Assembly: GCA_021774615.1 (NCBI GenBank)
Contig: JAJFIW010000030.1
Location: forward strand, 39,148 to 71,147
Direction: 5' to 3'
Length of the DNA: 32,000 bases
From: Alphaproteobacteria bacterium
GTDB lineage: Bacteria; Pseudomonadota; Alphaproteobacteria; UBA1280; UBA6503
The position numbers and the translations under genes are program-made. Position 1 is the stretch's first letter. Every line of letters begins with the position of its first letter. The notes under the pieces were generated by a model. That model was not told where the DNA came from and made no database searches. It was given only the letters and a program-made list of their open reading frames with translations. This document shows, in pieces, positions 16,566 to 25,825 of this stretch.

Positions 16566-16579
16566 TATTCTAATATTAC

Positions 16580-17146
16580 CTAAGCTGGTGTATCTGCACC
16601 TTCTGCTGGTACATCTACAGATTCCATTTTTTGGATTTCATCAATGCTGAATACTTTATGTAAATCAATCAGGATGATCATTCGTTCTTTGTAGTAAGCG
16701 ATACCTTTAATGTAAGTAGAGCCAATACCACCAGCAATAAGAGCTGGCGCAGGTTTTGCCAAATCTGTTGGAATACGCAGAACTTCTGAGTCCCCATCAA
16801 CAATAAGCCCTAGAACATTGTCTGCAATTTCTACAACAACGACCCGTGTTTTATCGTTATTATCTGTCATATCGAGGTTAAAGCGTTTGCGAAGGTCAAC
16901 AATTGGAATAATTTGGCCACGTAAGTTAATAACACCTTCAACAAAATCAGGAGCATTTGGTACTGGAGTAATATCTGACATAACAATAATTTCACGTACG
17001 TCTAAAATTGGTACGCCAAATTCTTCACCAAGTAACTCAAAGGTAACTAGGTGCATTAAAACGTCAGAAGTTAACATGTCACCATTTGCACCACGTTGGT
17101 TGGTCTGGGATACATTAGCTTCCTGATTTGGTACAAGATCATTCAT
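16580..17146 (-). CDS. cheW: chemotaxis coupling protein CheW
   Basis: LVTFELLGEEFGVPILDVREIIVMSDITPVPNAPDFVEGVINLRGQIIPIVDLRKRF...GLIVDGDSEVLRI. Confidence 0.95.
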   Translation of the reverse strand: MNDLVPNQEANVSQTNQRGANGDMLTSDVLMHLVTFELLGEEFGVPILDVREIIVMSDITPVPNAPDFVEGVINLRGQIIPIVDLRKRFNLDMTDNNDKTRVVVVEIADNVLGLIVDGDSEVLRIPTDLAKPAPALIAGGIGSTYIKGIAYYKERMIILIDLHKVFSIDEIQKMESVDVPAEGADTPA

Positions 17147-17338
17147 GGGTGTTTTCTACCTTCTTCTTTATTTTTTTACCGACAGAATAGCTTTTTCTAT
17201 CATTAGTATATATTTAGTTATTGATTATGAGAAGTTAAACCCCTTGAAATTTTTTTTTTAATGCTTAAATTGATTATTTTTTTGGGTGCAGTGAGGTATA
17301 CTTGTTACATATTTTATAAAAATGGCGGAAATATATCT

Positions 17339-18694
17339 ATGGAATCTCCATTCACTAATGCAGCTGAGAACATATCGAACTTAAAAAATGCAGCGCTTTT
17401 TGGCAAAGTAACAGGTGTGTCAGGGCTTGTTGTATCCTGTGAAGGGTTGCATGACACTACTATTGGCAGCAGGTGTTTGGTAGAAAACCGCCATAAGAAG
17501 CCATTGCAAGCAGAGGTTATTGGCTATCAGGGAGACAAAATACTTCTAATGCCATTTGCACCAGTTGAAGGGATTGGGCCTGGTTGCGCAGTTTATCTTA
17601 TATCTGGAAAAGCAACAATTAAGGTTAATGATGGATTCATCGGACGGATTATAAATGCTTTAGGTGAACCTATTGATAACAAGGGGCCGTTATCTGTAGA
17701 AGGTGAAATACGCGATTTAAAGGCAGTGCCTCCTGCACCAAGCACACGCTTACCTATTGGTGACAAGTTAGACGTTGGCGTTAGAGCACTTAATACTTTC
17801 ACGCCATTATGCCAAGGGCAAAGAATGGGTGTGTTTTCAGGTTCTGGTGTGGGTAAGTCTACACTTATGGGGATGATAGCAAAATATGCACAGGCTGAGG
17901 TTAACGTAATTGCATTAGTCGGAGAACGTGGCCGTGAGGTAATGGAGTTTATTCGTAATAGCCTTGGTGAAGAGGGGCTGCGGAAATCTATTGTAATTGT
18001 AGCAACTGGCGACGAACCACCACTAATGCGCCGTCAAGCTGCATATACAGCCATGACAGTTGCTGAACATTTCAGAGACTGCGGACTGCAAGTTTTGATG
18101 ATGATGGACTCTGTGACCCGTTTTGCTATGGCTCAGCGAGAAATTGGCTTATCAGCAGGAGAACCTCCAACTACTCGTGGTTATACACCGTCAGTATTTT
18201 CTGAATTACCCCGTTTGTTAGAGCGTGCTGGAACATGCGCAGGCAAGGGGGCTATTACAGGGCTGTTTACAGTATTGGTAGAAGGTAGCGACATGGACGA
18301 GCCAGTTGCTGACGCTGTGCGCGGTATTCTTGACGGTCATATTGTGTTGGAGCGAGAGCTAGCAGAGCGAGGGCATTTCCCATCTATTAATATATTAAAG
18401 TCTGTTTCAAGGGCTGTTCCAGATTGTAATAGCGATGAAGAAACAAGCCTTATTAATAAAGCTCGTTCTTTTTACGCAACTTACGACAATATGGCAGAGC
18501 TTATCCGCTTAGGTGCATATAAAAAAGGTAGTGATACAGAAGTAGACACAGCCATTTTTTACCATTCCCCTATAGAAAAATTTCTAAAACAAGCCCCTAA
18601 CGAATCTGCTACCCTTGATGAAGGTTTCTCATCTTTAGGAGTAATTCTTGGTAAGGCTGTGCCTGAAGACCCAAAATTAGCTGAAGAAAAATAA
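17339..18694 (+). CDS. fliI: flagellar export ATPase FliI
   Basis: VFSGSGVGKSTLMGMIAK, IALVGERGREVMEFI, LMMMDSVTRFAMAQREIGLSAGEPPTTRGYTPSVFSELPRLLERAG. The track start is 17261; the ATG at 17339 (MESPFTNAAEN) is more likely. Confidence 0.97.
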   Translation: MESPFTNAAENISNLKNAALFGKVTGVSGLVVSCEGLHDTTIGSRCLVENRHKKPLQAEVIGYQGDKILLMPFAPVEGIGPGCAVYLISGKATIKVNDGFIGRIINALGEPIDNKGPLSVEGEIRDLKAVPPAPSTRLPIGDKLDVGVRALNTFTPLCQGQRMGVFSGSGVGKSTLMGMIAKYAQAEVNVIALVGERGREVMEFIRNSLGEEGLRKSIVIVATGDEPPLMRRQAAYTAMTVAEHFRDCGLQVLMMMDSVTRFAMAQREIGLSAGEPPTTRGYTPSVFSELPRLLERAGTCAGKGAITGLFTVLVEGSDMDEPVADAVRGILDGHIVLERELAERGHFPSINILKSVSRAVPDCNSDEETSLINKARSFYATYDNMAELIRLGAYKKGSDTEVDTAIFYHSPIEKFLKQAPNESATLDEGFSSLGVILGKAVPEDPKLAEEK

Positions 18695-19117
18695 ATGGCT
18701 GATAATATTAAAACACTTAATAATTTATTAAAAATTGCAAAAAAGTCAGTTGAAGATACTCAGAAAAGTATTGCACAAGTTCTTGCGGCAATATCTGGGC
18801 ATGAACAGCAAATTGCACAACTCCAGAAAAAAATAAAAGATGAGGGTGTATATGCTGGCTCCGACCCGCAAATGATGATTGCCCTTGATATGTTTACTAA
18901 ACGCAGTAAGGCAGATATAAAAGAATTAGCTGAAAAGCGAATGAAACTCCTTAACCATGAGGCACAACTAAGAGAAGAACTTAGCAAAAACTTTGCTGAA
19001 GAAAAGCGCTATCAAATCCTACTAGAGCGTAAACAAGCCGAAAGTAAGAAGTTACATGATAAAAAGCAGCAACAGCAACTAGACGAAATTGCAGCGACTA
19101 GGAAATATAAGTTCTAG
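18695..19117 (+). CDS. fliJ: FliJ-like flagellar export chaperone or stalk
   Basis: 140 aa, almost fully coiled-coil and charged; starts immediately after the fliI stop (TAAATG). Confidence 0.75.
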   Translation: MADNIKTLNNLLKIAKKSVEDTQKSIAQVLAAISGHEQQIAQLQKKIKDEGVYAGSDPQMMIALDMFTKRSKADIKELAEKRMKLLNHEAQLREELSKNFAEEKRYQILLERKQAESKKLHDKKQQQQLDEIAATRKYKF

Positions 19118-19271
19118 AGCTGTATAAATTAAGTATACAATCTTCTTGAAAAAACTATAAATAAGTAATATCTTTATGATTAAGTATTATTTTTCTGTTC
19201 ATTTTCTTTAAAAACCTATCTCGATAGTATCTTGTTGAGGTTATTCTTCTTTCTATAAGGATGTATTTATT

Positions 19272-19637
19272 ATGAGTAATAATACAAAGCAAATGTTTAA
19301 ATTTTTAGGCATATTCTTATTGGCTGTAGTCGCCCATGCCATATTTGGCTGGTTGGCTGCTGCTGTTGGGTTTGCAGGCGTTGTGCTTTTTGCTGTGTTT
19401 GCAAAAGAAATGGCTACTGAAATCAGAATGAGTGGCGAGAAAGCCATGATGATTTTTTCTTTTCTGGCAGCATTATTGTTGCTAGAGTTTGTGACATGGC
19501 TAGTTTTCTGGCTTGGTATAACAGGCACAGAAAGCCATATCGTGAGAGTAATTCTCATAAATGTGCTTATGTGCATCACATTGTTTGCCGTTTATCCTAG
19601 TATTATTGGCAAATATTTCGGCAACCCTTTTGAATAG
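19272..19637 (+). CDS. small polytopic membrane protein, function unknown
   Basis: 121 aa hydrophobic ORF with upstream aaGGAtg. Confidence 0.65.
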   Translation: MSNNTKQMFKFLGIFLLAVVAHAIFGWLAAAVGFAGVVLFAVFAKEMATEIRMSGEKAMMIFSFLAALLLLEFVTWLVFWLGITGTESHIVRVILINVLMCITLFAVYPSIIGKYFGNPFE

Positions 19638-19646
19638 GAGCCCACC

Positions 19647-20099
19647 ATGGATTTTGATAAAGTAATCAAATATACGTTACCATTTGCGGCAGCGTTTGTA
19701 GCGTTGTCTCTAGTTGGTATAGCATATGGTAACTATGGCATTTGGATCTTGATGGTGGTAGGAGTTTGCCTTGGAGCTATTTGGGTTATTTTTATAGAGA
19801 ATATTTATAAAAACTCTCTTTTACCATCTACCAAAGATTTTTTATTTTTATTTCTACCAACGTTAGGTGGTGTAGCTGCCATATCGTTAACAGTAAGTAA
19901 TTTTTTTGTGGCTTCGGAAGCTATCGAAAGCGCAAAAATTTATGGCGAACCACTGGATGTAGGAAGCAAGTATGTCTTAGGTAATATGGAAATAGACCTG
20001 ATGTTTTTTCTGTCAAGTCTAATTCTGTATCTACTGCTATTATGGTTGGGGCGACCTACCATTGAAAGGCTTAACAAAGCCAGTACTAAGGCAAACTAG
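19647..20099 (+). CDS. polytopic membrane protein, function unknown
   Basis: 150 aa hydrophobic ORF; 9-nt gap from the preceding gene with ataGGAG. Confidence 0.65.
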   Translation: MDFDKVIKYTLPFAAAFVALSLVGIAYGNYGIWILMVVGVCLGAIWVIFIENIYKNSLLPSTKDFLFLFLPTLGGVAAISLTVSNFFVASEAIESAKIYGEPLDVGSKYVLGNMEIDLMFFLSSLILYLLLLWLGRPTIERLNKASTKAN

Positions 20100-20119
20100 C
20101 TTGTGTCTGAAATAACGAG

Positions 20120-20146
20120 AAATCCCCAGCTATATGCTGGGGATTT
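20120..20146. terminator. convergent hairpin between the 19647..20099 gene and the minus-strand cluster
   Basis: AAATCCCCAGC-tatat-GCTGGGGATTT: perfect 11-bp stem with only short flanking T runs. Confidence 0.7.
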
Positions 20147-20148
20147 CA

Positions 20149-20526
20149 TCATTTATGGGTATAGCTAGGTTGGCTACGGCTAACTTCGATTGTTTGGGAT
20201 ATGCCGCTAGTAGTAAGTGTACCTTTAACATTAATATAAAAAGGTATCGCAAGGTCATAAATATCACATGCTAATTCAGTAAGCATTTCTTCTGGCTGAA
20301 GCCAGGTATGCTTACTAATCTCTTCTAGGTATTGGCTATATTCATCTGTAGAGATAAGGTGGGTGTCTGGTAAATAGCTAAGCTTAATTAACAATTCAGC
20401 TGTTTGTTGCTCGGTGTGTAAGGTTACACCTTTTTCCAGAATAATAGCGGTATTAGTCCCATGGCTAGTATAAGTATGGGGTGTAAGTAATTCTTGCCGC
20501 TGCCTACGAGTAGAAGAATTAGACAT
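20149..20526 (-). CDS. hypothetical protein translationally overlapping cheR
   Basis: ORF MSNSSTRRQRQELL...; the ATG at 20526 overlaps the cheR stop by 8 nt. The track start at 20565 lies further inside cheR. Confidence 0.6.
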   Translation of the reverse strand: MSNSSTRRQRQELLTPHTYTSHGTNTAIILEKGVTLHTEQQTAELLIKLSYLPDTHLISTDEYSQYLEEISKHTWLQPEEMLTELACDIYDLAIPFYINVKGTLTTSGISQTIEVSRSQPSYTHK

Positions 20527-21421
20527 GGAGCTTTTCTGTACCTGGAGGCGCTTTACGGTAAGCAAAGGCGCTTGCTAATTCCCGGTCTGAACGAAAAATA
20601 TGTTTATAGGAGTATAAATTTTCCGAATGGCCAACTAGAAGTAAGCTATTTTCACTCATGGTGTCATAGATATTCCATAAAACTTGTTCTTTAGAGTTGG
20701 CATCAAAATAAATCAGAACATTACGGCATATAATAATATCAAACTTACCTAGACGGCGGATGTCTGATTGTTCTTTGAGGTTTGCAACTGAGAATTTAGT
20801 AAACTTCTTAACGCTTTCATCAAGCTCGAATCTTTTGCCGTCAATGTCTTTAAAATATTTCTTAAGCATATCGCTAGGGATATTGCGTACCCCGTATTGT
20901 GCATAAATAGCTTTTTTTGAGTCTTCTACAGCTTGTTGAGAAATATCAGTACCAACTATTTCTAGGTTTATATCTGCCAACCAGTTATTTTTTAGGAACT
21001 GTAGAACAGTTGTATAAACTTCGTCACCAGTAGAGCATGCAGCACTCCAAATACGGATTTTTTTGTCTGCTGATAATTTTTTTGCTGCAACAAGTGGTGC
21101 TAGAACATCACGTTCAAAAGCTTTTAGTTGTGGCTCATTGCGGAAAAAGAATGTTTCGTGGATAGTGATAATATCAATAAATTTAGGTAGCTCTGTACGC
21201 CGGTCAACATTTGTGGTGATGTAGTCATAGTAAGCAATATCGTTCTTTAAACCCAATACATCACAACGATGGTTTACTTTTGAGGTCAGGAAATAGTTCT
21301 TATTGTCATCAAACTTAATGCCTGTAGTATCGTAAATAAATTCTACGAACTTACGAAAGATGCTTTCGTCCATCGTAGGTCTTGATGAAACGGTAGATAT
21401 TTTTGGTGCGGTTTCAGTCAT
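20519..21421 (-). CDS. cheR: chemotaxis protein methyltransferase CheR
   Basis: FFRNEPQLKAFERDVLAPLV, KIRIWSAACSTGDEVYT, EIVGTDISQQAVEDSKKAIYAQYGVRN, FDIIICRNVLIYFDANSKEQVL, LLVGHSENLYSY. Confidence 0.95.
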   Translation of the reverse strand: MTETAPKISTVSSRPTMDESIFRKFVEFIYDTTGIKFDDNKNYFLTSKVNHRCDVLGLKNDIAYYDYITTNVDRRTELPKFIDIITIHETFFFRNEPQLKAFERDVLAPLVAAKKLSADKKIRIWSAACSTGDEVYTTVLQFLKNNWLADINLEIVGTDISQQAVEDSKKAIYAQYGVRNIPSDMLKKYFKDIDGKRFELDESVKKFTKFSVANLKEQSDIRRLGKFDIIICRNVLIYFDANSKEQVLWNIYDTMSENSLLLVGHSENLYSYKHIFRSDRELASAFAYRKAPPGTEKLHV

Positions 21422-21430
21422 TTGACTTTA

Positions 21431-23395
21431 TCAGGCCTCAACGTTTAGGCGGTTCATAGCAGATATAGAACTATCTGAGCTCGCCATAGTTAGTGTTTCA
21501 TGTAGTGGGTCCACTTCAAAGAAGTCTACATCTTCTACTACAATGCTGCCATGCATATCAATTCTATTCAAGCTATTTTCTACAAGTTCTGAAAGTCTTT
21601 CCTTTTCTTTTGCATCCAATGGTTGTGCTGTGCGTAGTTTTAGGTGGATTATGTCATTACCTTGCATTAAACCATCTAGTTGTACATGCCCTAAAGCGCT
21701 TAATTGAACATTTAAAACAAAGCGCAAAGAGCTGTCTTCGCTATCGTTGTTTTCTTGTTGCCGTCTCCAGAAGAACCCACCTTGTCTAAGGCGTTGTTCT
21801 TGGTCATCCCAGTAGGGGAATAAAACAGTTCTCCAAGCGTCAGGCGTGTCTTGGCGCTGTTGAAGGGTATTTAGTTGTCCTAAATCGTTTTGTAGTGCGC
21901 CATCAAGCCCTAGTGCTCTTAAAATATTAATAACTTCATCACCAAAGAATATGCGTAGGTTTTGTTGTGCAGTGGCTTGTGTAAACTGGATTAGTTTTGG
22001 TAGTAAGGTTTCGTCAGCGCGGGGTAAAGATTTTATAACTTTATCTACTAAATCTGGCGATTTATCACGGATTGTATCAATAGTATTATTTAAACTATCC
22101 CACACAACTGCAAACCGCATCAGAGTATTACTGCGTTCTGTTCCTTTAGGGAGTGTCATATCAATGATTTCGGCATGGCCATCTGCCATAATACGAATAC
22201 TTATTTGGCTACCAACAGGCAATAGCCTTTGCGCTTTTACGGGAACTTTTACACCACTATTTTCTTGCCCAAACTGGAGGATTAACTCGCCATTGGGGCG
22301 TTGCTCAACAACTGTACCTGTAGTTATTTTACCAACAGGCAGTTGGCGTGGTGTTTGTTCGGTAGTAGCGGGAGGGGCTTTATGTTGTTGTTGGTTACGT
22401 TGATCAGCTTGGTTTGGGTCATTGTCTTTAACAGCTATGATGGGCTGTGTAGCTGTTACTTTTAATACCTCTAATAGGCCGCTCTCTGTAAATCTTATGC
22501 TCATTGTTGTACCAACTTGTCTTGATTGCCCAATTTCTTGTTGTAAGTTTAATGATACGCCATTTTCAAGCTTAAGCGTAACCTTACTTCCTTCTATTTG
22601 CTCGATATTTGCGTTGTACACAATATTGTGTTGTACAACGCTTGGTTTTGGTATGGTTAGGGTAAACTGGGTTTTGGGTTCTAACTGTTGCTGTACTTGT
22701 ATTTGTGAAGGGTGGGGCTGTTTAATTTGCCCTTGGTTATGAACAATAGCCTCTTTTGCTTGTGGTGGTGTTGGTAGGGTTAGTTTTTCAATTGTTGCCT
22801 GTTGTTGGTTGTTTAAACGCAGCACCAGCTCGGTATTTTTTTCGAATGTTGGAGGGAGAATTATTTGGAGCTTATTTCCATTAGCTAAAGTTACCTCTTG
22901 GAGGCCATTTTGAGGAATGCTAGTCATCTTTCCCATAACACTTGCTCCGGGTGCTGGTAGTAGTGCTGAAGTTGTTGTTGATACAGGGGGTTTAAAGTTA
23001 ATAGTTTGCCCTTCTTGGGGTTGAATTTGTTGCGCGACCTCAAGTAATATAGGTGGGTTCGGTGCTGGCTTTACATCTGCCATTTGTGGCAACACAACAC
23101 GCAGCAGCTGTATTGACTGGTCTTGTGTTGGTTTGGTAGAAGCACGCAGCAACAACAATTGGCTGCCTTGTGGAAGCTGTTCTGGTATTTCTGCTAAAAA
23201 TACCTGCCCCGATGGTAATAATAACTGGCTTTGCCCTGATGGTAGCGGCGTTGATGATTGCACAATAGCTTTTATAACTGTTTGTTTAATGCCCTCGGGG
23301 AGGTTTTCGATATTATTTAGTAATTGGGTGGTGTTTTGCCCTCGTTGGTTGGGGTCTGTAAGTAATAGTGTGTTTTCGTTGAGCATCGGGAACAT
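21431..23395 (-). CDS. flagellar hook-length control (FliK)-like protein
   Basis: 654 aa; Pro/Gln-rich N-terminal and middle regions; C-terminal RFVLNVQLSALGHVQLDGLMQGNDIIHLKLRTAQPLDAKEKERLSELVENSLNRIDM resembles a Flg_hook domain; flagellar operon context. Confidence 0.65.
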   Translation of the reverse strand: MFPMLNENTLLLTDPNQRGQNTTQLLNNIENLPEGIKQTVIKAIVQSSTPLPSGQSQLLLPSGQVFLAEIPEQLPQGSQLLLLRASTKPTQDQSIQLLRVVLPQMADVKPAPNPPILLEVAQQIQPQEGQTINFKPPVSTTTSALLPAPGASVMGKMTSIPQNGLQEVTLANGNKLQIILPPTFEKNTELVLRLNNQQQATIEKLTLPTPPQAKEAIVHNQGQIKQPHPSQIQVQQQLEPKTQFTLTIPKPSVVQHNIVYNANIEQIEGSKVTLKLENGVSLNLQQEIGQSRQVGTTMSIRFTESGLLEVLKVTATQPIIAVKDNDPNQADQRNQQQHKAPPATTEQTPRQLPVGKITTGTVVEQRPNGELILQFGQENSGVKVPVKAQRLLPVGSQISIRIMADGHAEIIDMTLPKGTERSNTLMRFAVVWDSLNNTIDTIRDKSPDLVDKVIKSLPRADETLLPKLIQFTQATAQQNLRIFFGDEVINILRALGLDGALQNDLGQLNTLQQRQDTPDAWRTVLFPYWDDQEQRLRQGGFFWRRQQENNDSEDSSLRFVLNVQLSALGHVQLDGLMQGNDIIHLKLRTAQPLDAKEKERLSELVENSLNRIDMHGSIVVEDVDFFEVDPLHETLTMASSDSSISAMNRLNVEA

Positions 23396-23400
23396 ATTTT

Positions 23401-24003
23401 TTAAACCCCGTATTTTTTGTTGGCTGTAAGCTTAATAATATCTTGGTAGCAAGGGCAACTGGTTAGATGGTCATTTACCAGCCCAATTGCTTGCATATAG
23501 GCATATACAGTTGTGGGCCCAAGAAATTTAAAGCCATGCTTTTTTAGCTCTTTACTAATGTTTATAGCAATAGGTGTCACCACGGGTATATTATCCATTT
23601 TATCTATAGAATTCATAATAGGCTTATGGCCTACAAACTGCCAGATATAACGTGCAAAACTACCATGTATTTGTTGGATCTTTATAAAGCAATTAGCATT
23701 ATTAATCGCAGCTTTAATTTTAAGTTTATGGCGAATAATTCCTGCATCAGCCATTAATCTATTTTCATCAGCAGCAGTGAACTGGGATATTTTTTTCGGG
23801 TTAAACTCTTTAAATGCCTTGCGGAAGTTGTTGCGTTTATTAAGAATAGTAAGCCAGCTTAAACCAGCTTGGAAGCTCTCAAGAATTAGGAATTCAAATA
23901 AAATATTATCGTCTGTAACGGGAACACCCCATTCTTGGTGGTGGTATTGTTCGTATAGCTTATTGCCTAAGCACCATGGGCAGGGTTGGCTATTATTAGT
24001 CAC
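23401..24003 (-). CDS. tag: DNA-3-methyladenine glycosylase I
   Basis: CPWCLGNKLYEQYHHQEWGVPVTDDNILFEFLILESFQAGLSWLTILNKRNNFRKAF...NDHLTSCPCY; Tag zinc-site and HhH-type signatures. Confidence 0.95.
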   Translation of the reverse strand: MTNNSQPCPWCLGNKLYEQYHHQEWGVPVTDDNILFEFLILESFQAGLSWLTILNKRNNFRKAFKEFNPKKISQFTAADENRLMADAGIIRHKLKIKAAINNANCFIKIQQIHGSFARYIWQFVGHKPIMNSIDKMDNIPVVTPIAINISKELKKHGFKFLGPTTVYAYMQAIGLVNDHLTSCPCYQDIIKLTANKKYGV

Positions 24004-24799
24004 TAGTTTGGTCTATTAATTTCTTAGCCAAGCCACGGATTGTGTCCGCAATAGGCATATGGGGGAAGCTCTCAAGCAGTAAAGTTTGCTTGCGTACTGC
24101 CATAATGTAGTTTTTGTCGTGGGGAATAACACCAAACAAAGGTATATCAATTTGCAGAAATTTATCTGCAGCCATGCGGATTTTCTCGTACGTATTACGT
24201 GCTTCAATATCGCCATTCGCTTGGTTTATTAGAACTTGGCAATTATTTTTGTAGTGCTTTGCTTTAAGAAGTTTAATAACTGCATAACTATCGGTAATAG
24301 AGCTAGGGTCTGGGGTTATAACTAGTAATGTTTTATCAGCGAAATTAGCAAATGATAATACATCATCACCAACTCCAGCAGCAATATCTAGTAGAACAAG
24401 GTCATAGTTTGCTGCTACTTTCTCGATTTGTTTTAAAATATTACGGCGGTCAAGGGCTGTAGTAAAGGGGAGGGTGTCAGAACCTGAGCGCCCTGCAATA
24501 AAGTCGAAACCAGCTTTTGGTGCTCTGGTTATAACTTGCTCTAGTTCGGCATTTCCTGTTAAAACTTCTGATAAATCGCGGGCAGGGTTAACACCTAATT
24601 GTACGTCAACGTTAGCAAGGCCAAGGTCTGCATCAAACACTAATACTTTTTTGCCTTGCTTTGCGGCAGCTTGCGCCATATTTAAAGTAGCGCTGGTTTT
24701 CCCGACTCCACCTTTCCCACTGGCGATTGCTATAATTTGTCCATGCTTATGTAATGAGCCAAGTTTTTCAAGAGCGGCTAGATCGAGCTGAGTATTCAT
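23996..24799 (-). CDS. flhG: MinD-like ATPase FlhG/FleN
   Basis: IAIASGKGGVGKTSATLNMAQAAAKQGKKVLVFDADLGLANVDVQLGVNP, VLLDIAAGVGDDVLSF. The ATG at 24799 overlaps the flhF stop as ATGA; the track start is 24814. Confidence 0.94.
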   Translation of the reverse strand: MNTQLDLAALEKLGSLHKHGQIIAIASGKGGVGKTSATLNMAQAAAKQGKKVLVFDADLGLANVDVQLGVNPARDLSEVLTGNAELEQVITRAPKAGFDFIAGRSGSDTLPFTTALDRRNILKQIEKVAANYDLVLLDIAAGVGDDVLSFANFADKTLLVITPDPSSITDSYAVIKLLKAKHYKNNCQVLINQANGDIEARNTYEKIRMAADKFLQIDIPLFGVIPHDKNYIMAVRKQTLLLESFPHMPIADTIRGLAKKLIDQTSD

Positions 24800-25821
24800 G
24801 CACTTTCCTCCCATGGTAGCGTTGGTCTTATTAGTAACCTCCGACTAAGGCTCTGAGCGTCTAACTGTAGCAAGTCTTGTGGTACTCGCTGACCGTCGGT
24901 GGCAAAACACAATGGTAGATTATTCTCAATAGCAGTATTTATCATACCACCTAAAAAGATAGTTTCATCCATTTTACTGAAAATAATATTCTGTGGGTTT
25001 AATGGCGCAAAAGCTTTTGGTAGTGTCATCATCTCGAAGCTGTTTAGGTTGCAAGGGACAACAATAGCAGTTGTTACGTCAAGCCCTTCAAGTTGGCTTG
25101 CTATATCTGCAATACGGCTGCTCTCGTAAGGGTTTATTCCTGCGCTGTCTACTAGTACAAGGTCGTAGTCTGTAGTATCTTTTATAGTGTCAGCTAAGGT
25201 TTGCCCTGCACGGATAATATGGAGGCTTTCTTTTAAAGCATCGGCATAAATGTCTAATTGTTCGACTCCACCTATTTTATAGGTGTCCATAGTTACAAGT
25301 GCTACTTTGTGGCCGTGCATGCGTTCGTTTACGGCTATTTTAGCGAGAGTAGTTGTTTTCCCCGCACCTGTTGAGCCTATTAGAATTAATGGTTTTTTTG
25401 TTTCAAGGACTGTATCAGGTGACGTAAAACGAATTATCTTAGACAACACCATCTCCAGACCATCTTCTTCGGTAAAGCCTGTATCCATAAGGGCGTGGAC
25501 AGCTTTTGCAATACGTTGGGAGATATGCGGTAGCACACCATGCTCGATTAGGCGGGTGCTCATATCATCTAGTTCGGCTGGTTTGTTTATATCAGCTTCT
25601 TGTAGTGCAACGTCTACAGTTGTAGGTGCTGTGGTTATTGCTTCTTCTTGGCTAGGTGGTGGAGATATTTGTTCAATAGCAGCGGTAATCTCTAGCCCTT
25701 GCTTGCCGTCTTCTCCTGTTATTTTACGGGTCGATAAAATGACAGCATCTTGCCCCAAATCATTTTTGATAAGTTTAAGAGCTTCGGTCATGGTTGGTGC
25801 TGTAAAGCGTTTTAGTCTCAT
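24796..25821 (-). CDS. flhF: flagellar SRP-like GTPase FlhF
   Basis: MRLKRFTAPTMTEALKLIKNDLGQDAVILSTRKI, LIGSTGAGKTTTLAKIAV, VTMDTYKIGGVEQLDIYAD, LVDSAGINPY, FSKMDETIFLGGMIN. Confidence 0.96.
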   Translation of the reverse strand: MRLKRFTAPTMTEALKLIKNDLGQDAVILSTRKITGEDGKQGLEITAAIEQISPPPSQEEAITTAPTTVDVALQEADINKPAELDDMSTRLIEHGVLPHISQRIAKAVHALMDTGFTEEDGLEMVLSKIIRFTSPDTVLETKKPLILIGSTGAGKTTTLAKIAVNERMHGHKVALVTMDTYKIGGVEQLDIYADALKESLHIIRAGQTLADTIKDTTDYDLVLVDSAGINPYESSRIADIASQLEGLDVTTAIVVPCNLNSFEMMTLPKAFAPLNPQNIIFSKMDETIFLGGMINTAIENNLPLCFATDGQRVPQDLLQLDAQSLSRRLLIRPTLPWEESA

Positions 25822-25825
25822 TCTA

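Noticed and set aside
21951-22403. Several plus-strand ORFs (21951..22403, 22422..22742, 23133..23429) opposite the fliK-like gene
   Set aside because: Cys/Trp-rich products typical of antisense reading of Gln/Pro-rich coding DNA.
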